A stretch of DNA of 63,636 nt, filler included, from Olpidium bornovanus S191 (lineage: Eukaryota > Fungi > Olpidiomycota), in the NCBI GenBank assembly GCA_017911155.1. It is 31 parts of 31 records of this genome, joined end to end, with 100 filler letters (N's around TTAATTAATTAA, not from the genome) between each part and the next. Parts side by side here need not be neighbours in the genome. Positions count along the whole stretch, not along the records: positions 62,461 to 63,636 come from JAEFCI010001902.1; 30 more parts are not named here. One strand, 5' to 3'. A model generated the notes under the pieces. It did not search any database. It saw nothing but the letters and a program-made list of their open reading frames with translations, and was not told where the DNA came from. The position numbers and the translations under genes were made by a program. Each line of letters begins with the position of its first letter. Position 1 is the first letter of the stretch. Of this stretch, positions 63,621 through 63,636 are shown piece by piece.

Positions 63621-63636
63621 CCCCCCCCCCCCGCGC

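Overview
This window is not a contiguous locus. It is 31 short contigs (about 1.1-5.5 kb) joined by 30 identical artificial 100-bp linkers (N44-TTAATTAATTAA-N44, stops in all six frames), so adjacency across linkers has no biological meaning. The DNA is eukaryotic, GC-rich and intron-rich. The housekeeping genes are fungal-type (MCM5, SER3, Itc1-like, Nhp10-like, SF3B2, MTR4, PIK1, SIT4/PP6, SOK1/TCP11, UTP20, CAP2, BDF1, beta-tubulin, RPF2). A central-pair flagellar gene (SPEF2/CPC1) points to a zoosporic, early-diverging fungus; an Olpidium-like organism is my inference only. Most genes are partial. The best candidate for an undescribed system is a spliced gene fragment encoding tau/MAP2/MAP4-type 31-aa microtubule-binding repeats (11095-11670, minus). 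Other notable items are: (1) a copia-type LTR element with a gypsy-like Gag; (2) a multi-domain chromatin reader with three C4 fingers, AT-hook, Tudor-knot, ZZ and ePHD; (3) a tRNA-derived Pol III/SINE-like sequence; (4) a foldback-like repeat array; (5) strong enrichment of CATG at contig ends, a library signature that also warns of chimeras. All assignments come from manual translation and remembered family motifs; no database search was run.
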